This document shows, piece by piece, positions 61,550 through 64,000 of a DNA stretch of 64,000 nucleotides. The notes below the pieces were generated by a model. It was not told the DNA's origin, did not search any database, and was given only the letters and a program-made list of their open reading frames with translations. Source of the DNA: Octopus sinensis (Eukaryota); NCBI RefSeq assembly GCF_006345805.1, contig NC_042998.1:49166001-49230000 (forward strand), written 5' to 3'. Positions within the stretch are counted from its first letter, which is position 1; each line of letters starts with the position of its first letter. The position numbers were made by a program, and so were the translations under genes.

Positions 61550-62481
61550 AGTACATAAAAATACAGGAAGCTTAAGAATTAATACATAAAGGTCACTGCT
61601 ATCAGCTAAATACAGATAGCAAATCAAATTGGGAGTAAAGCAGATTATAGAAATAGAACTGAATACACCTACAATGTAGACAATTTATTAGTAAATATTA
61701 TTAATAATGATAAATCAAAGCAACAGCTGTAGCCAAGACAATAAAGTACGAGGTATAATACTTTACGATATTTAGTCTAGTACCTTACTATCCTGATATC
61801 AAAACTCCTCATAGTAATTTTTACTTTCATCCCTCTTGACTTAGTAAAATACATACTGTCAGTTGCCAGTAATATACTAAGATCAGTTCAATGACCAACC
61901 AATGGTTATGGTGAGTACAGTAAGTTGGGCTGGAAAGGTATCGCTGAAGATTTAATCTTCTACTTGCATATCTAAAAGTAACCTTGTTGAAACTACCCTG
62001 CCCACCCCCTTAAGCCATTCCCTCATGAGGATTTAAACATAGCACTGTAAGCCAATTAAATATTTGCCAAATCAGATACTAAAATAATTACTTAACTAGA
62101 TATGAAAAAAGTGTAATTGATTAAATCAACTCAAAACTATTACTATTAATTATTTTATTCACTCTGGAGCGGATAGAAGACAGAGATGGTCCAGATATGA
62201 CGCACCACCAGTGAGATAAATTAGTATTTAACTTAGAAAAACTCCAGATTGATCGGAGTAAGCAAATTAAATCATGTAAAGAAGACATCGATGACATAAA
62301 TGAAGTGAAATTACTGTAGTTGGGATTCAAAATTATATCAGATTCAGTTTCCTGAAAGGTGGTGTTTTGTTTTGTCTTAATAATACAAATAATTTCAGTT
62401 TTAGATAAGTTTTAAAATGGAAAAACAAAAGGAAATTACAAAACATTTATGACCTCCCTAAGAGTAATAGTGACATAACTA

Positions 62482-63722
62482 TTAGGTTGTTCTGAAAATA
62501 ATGGCCGCTTTAAGTTTTGTGTTTTGAAACGCAATTTTATCATAGTATTTTAATTATATTTGAGGTGAATTTCAACGTACTTAATATTTGATGTATGCTC
62601 TTTAAAAATTTTCTAGTTATTTCAGACAGAAAACACTTTTGAAACAAAAACGCCCTTAATTATGAACATGGCAAAAAAGGACCTTTGCTTACTTTTCTTG
62701 CATGAGTTCAAGCTTGGGTACAATGCCTCCCAAACTGCTGCCAATATCAACAGAGCATGGGGAGAGGGGTCCACAAGTGATCACACAGTATGAAGGTGGT
62801 TTCAGAAATTTTGTAATGGTGATGAGAGCCTTGAAGATGAAGAAGGTAGAGGACAGTCATGCAGTCTTGACAATGAACAGTTGAAAGCAATTGCTGAACA
62901 AAACCCACATCAAAGTGTGAAAGAAATGTTTCAGGCACTTGGTGTCGGTATTGCAATGGTCTCATGCAATCTGCAGAAGGTTGGTAAGGTGAAAAAGCTC
63001 AATAAATGGGTACCGCATGAGCTCAAAGAATATCAAAATGTTCAGCGTTTTGAACTGTGTCAATGCGCTTTCTGCGAAACACCAATAATCCTTTTCTTGA
63101 CCGAATAGTCACTAGTAACAGAAAGTTAATCTTTTATGATAACCGTAAGTGATCCACAAAACATTTCCCAAAGCCAAAGTTGCATCAGCAAAAGATTATG
63201 GTAACTGTCTGGTGGTCTGCAATTGATGTTGTCTATTACAACTTTCTGGAAGCCAATTACAGCAGAAGTTTACTGCAATCAACTCACTGAAATACATGCT
63301 CACTTGCAAAAAATGAGACCTGCATTGGTGAATCAGCATGGTCCAATTCTGCTTCACAATAATGCAAAGCCACATGTAAGAATGACGCTGCAGAAACTCA
63401 CAGACTTGGGATACAAGACTACCACATCCTCCATATTCTCCTGATCTTTCACCTACTGACTACCATTTTTTAAAGCATTTAAACACTTTTAAGTGATAAA
63501 ACTTTCAGGTCCAAACCAGAGGTGGAATCAGCTTTTAAAGATTTCTTAGCATCAACACCAATAAGTTTTTATCAACGAGGCATAAATGATCTCGTTGATC
63601 GATGGCAGAGATGCATAGATGTTCATGATTCATACTTTGACTAATCAAAACATTTCTATTATTAATTTTTCCAGAATAAAATTATGTTTCTGAAATCGGC
63701 CATCATTTTCAGAACAACCTAG
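62482..63722 (+). mobile_element. Full-length inactive mariner transposon (1241 bp)
   Basis: 26-bp TIRs TTAGGTTGTTCTGAAAATAATGGCCG / CGGCCATCATTTTCAGAACAACCTAG, flanked by TA (62480-62481 and 63723-63724). Confidence 0.92.
62662..63644 (+). pseudogene. Mariner (Hsmar1/SETMAR-like) transposase pseudogene
   Basis: HEFKLG, WFQKF, KWVPHEL, LLHNNAKPH, PDLSPTDYHFFKHL, W...YFD* motifs, with an in-frame TGA and frameshifts. Confidence 0.9.
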
Positions 63723-63769
63723 TAATACAGTTTTTAACTGAAATCTAAAGTGATTCATTCGCACAATTC

Positions 63770-64000
63770 AAAGTGTTGTCCACATAGGAGAAATGTTCCC
63801 ACATATGTGATGTCTATATAGCTGCTGCTACATACAGACATCTTGGACTACATCAAGAGGAAGGTCATCAAGTAACTGGCATAAAAGCACTTGCAGACAT
63901 CCTACAGACAAGCTGCCTCATATCTTTTGCCTTTTCCACTGCTACAATAATAGCCTGTTTCTTGGAGTTGGCAAGTTTTGAACCTCCTCCTAGGCACGTC
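63770..64000 (+). mobile_element. Degraded CR1/L2-like LINE fragment
   Basis: LDYIKRKVIK, RQAAS, LFHCYN and CFLELAS remnants resembling the 31.1-31.7 kb relic. Confidence 0.4.

Overview
Eukaryotic, repeat-rich genomic DNA. The repeat families and microsatellite load point to an octopus or other coleoid cephalopod (inference). The window holds the 5' half of one gene on the minus strand: a multidomain acetyl-CoA carboxylase (ACC/ACACA-type). I reconstructed 22 in-frame coding exons by hand (34535 to 511; 2902 nt, about 967 codons). They cover the regulatory Ser79-like motif, the biotin carboxylase domain, BT, BCCP with the biotinylated Lys in EVMKM, and the start of the central domain; the gene continues past position 1. 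One intron is GC-AG. A phase-compatible chain of upstream exons may supply the N-terminus, including a 16-nt microexon at 54955-54970. Introns are packed with tRNA-derived SINEs, 5'-truncated RTE LINE ends with (GAT)n tails, piggyBac-like MITEs and CR1/L2 relics. A near full-length RTE LINE carrying a PHD finger is nested in a decayed hAT (Buster/Charlie-like) transposon, and a full-length dead mariner lies upstream. The most unusual item is a tRNA-headed SINE-like element (3562-3821) carrying a degenerate Penelope-type minimal hammerhead ribozyme, sense to the ACC pre-mRNA. Several long inverted repeats could form dsRNA in the pre-mRNA. All coordinates were read by eye and no database searches were run.
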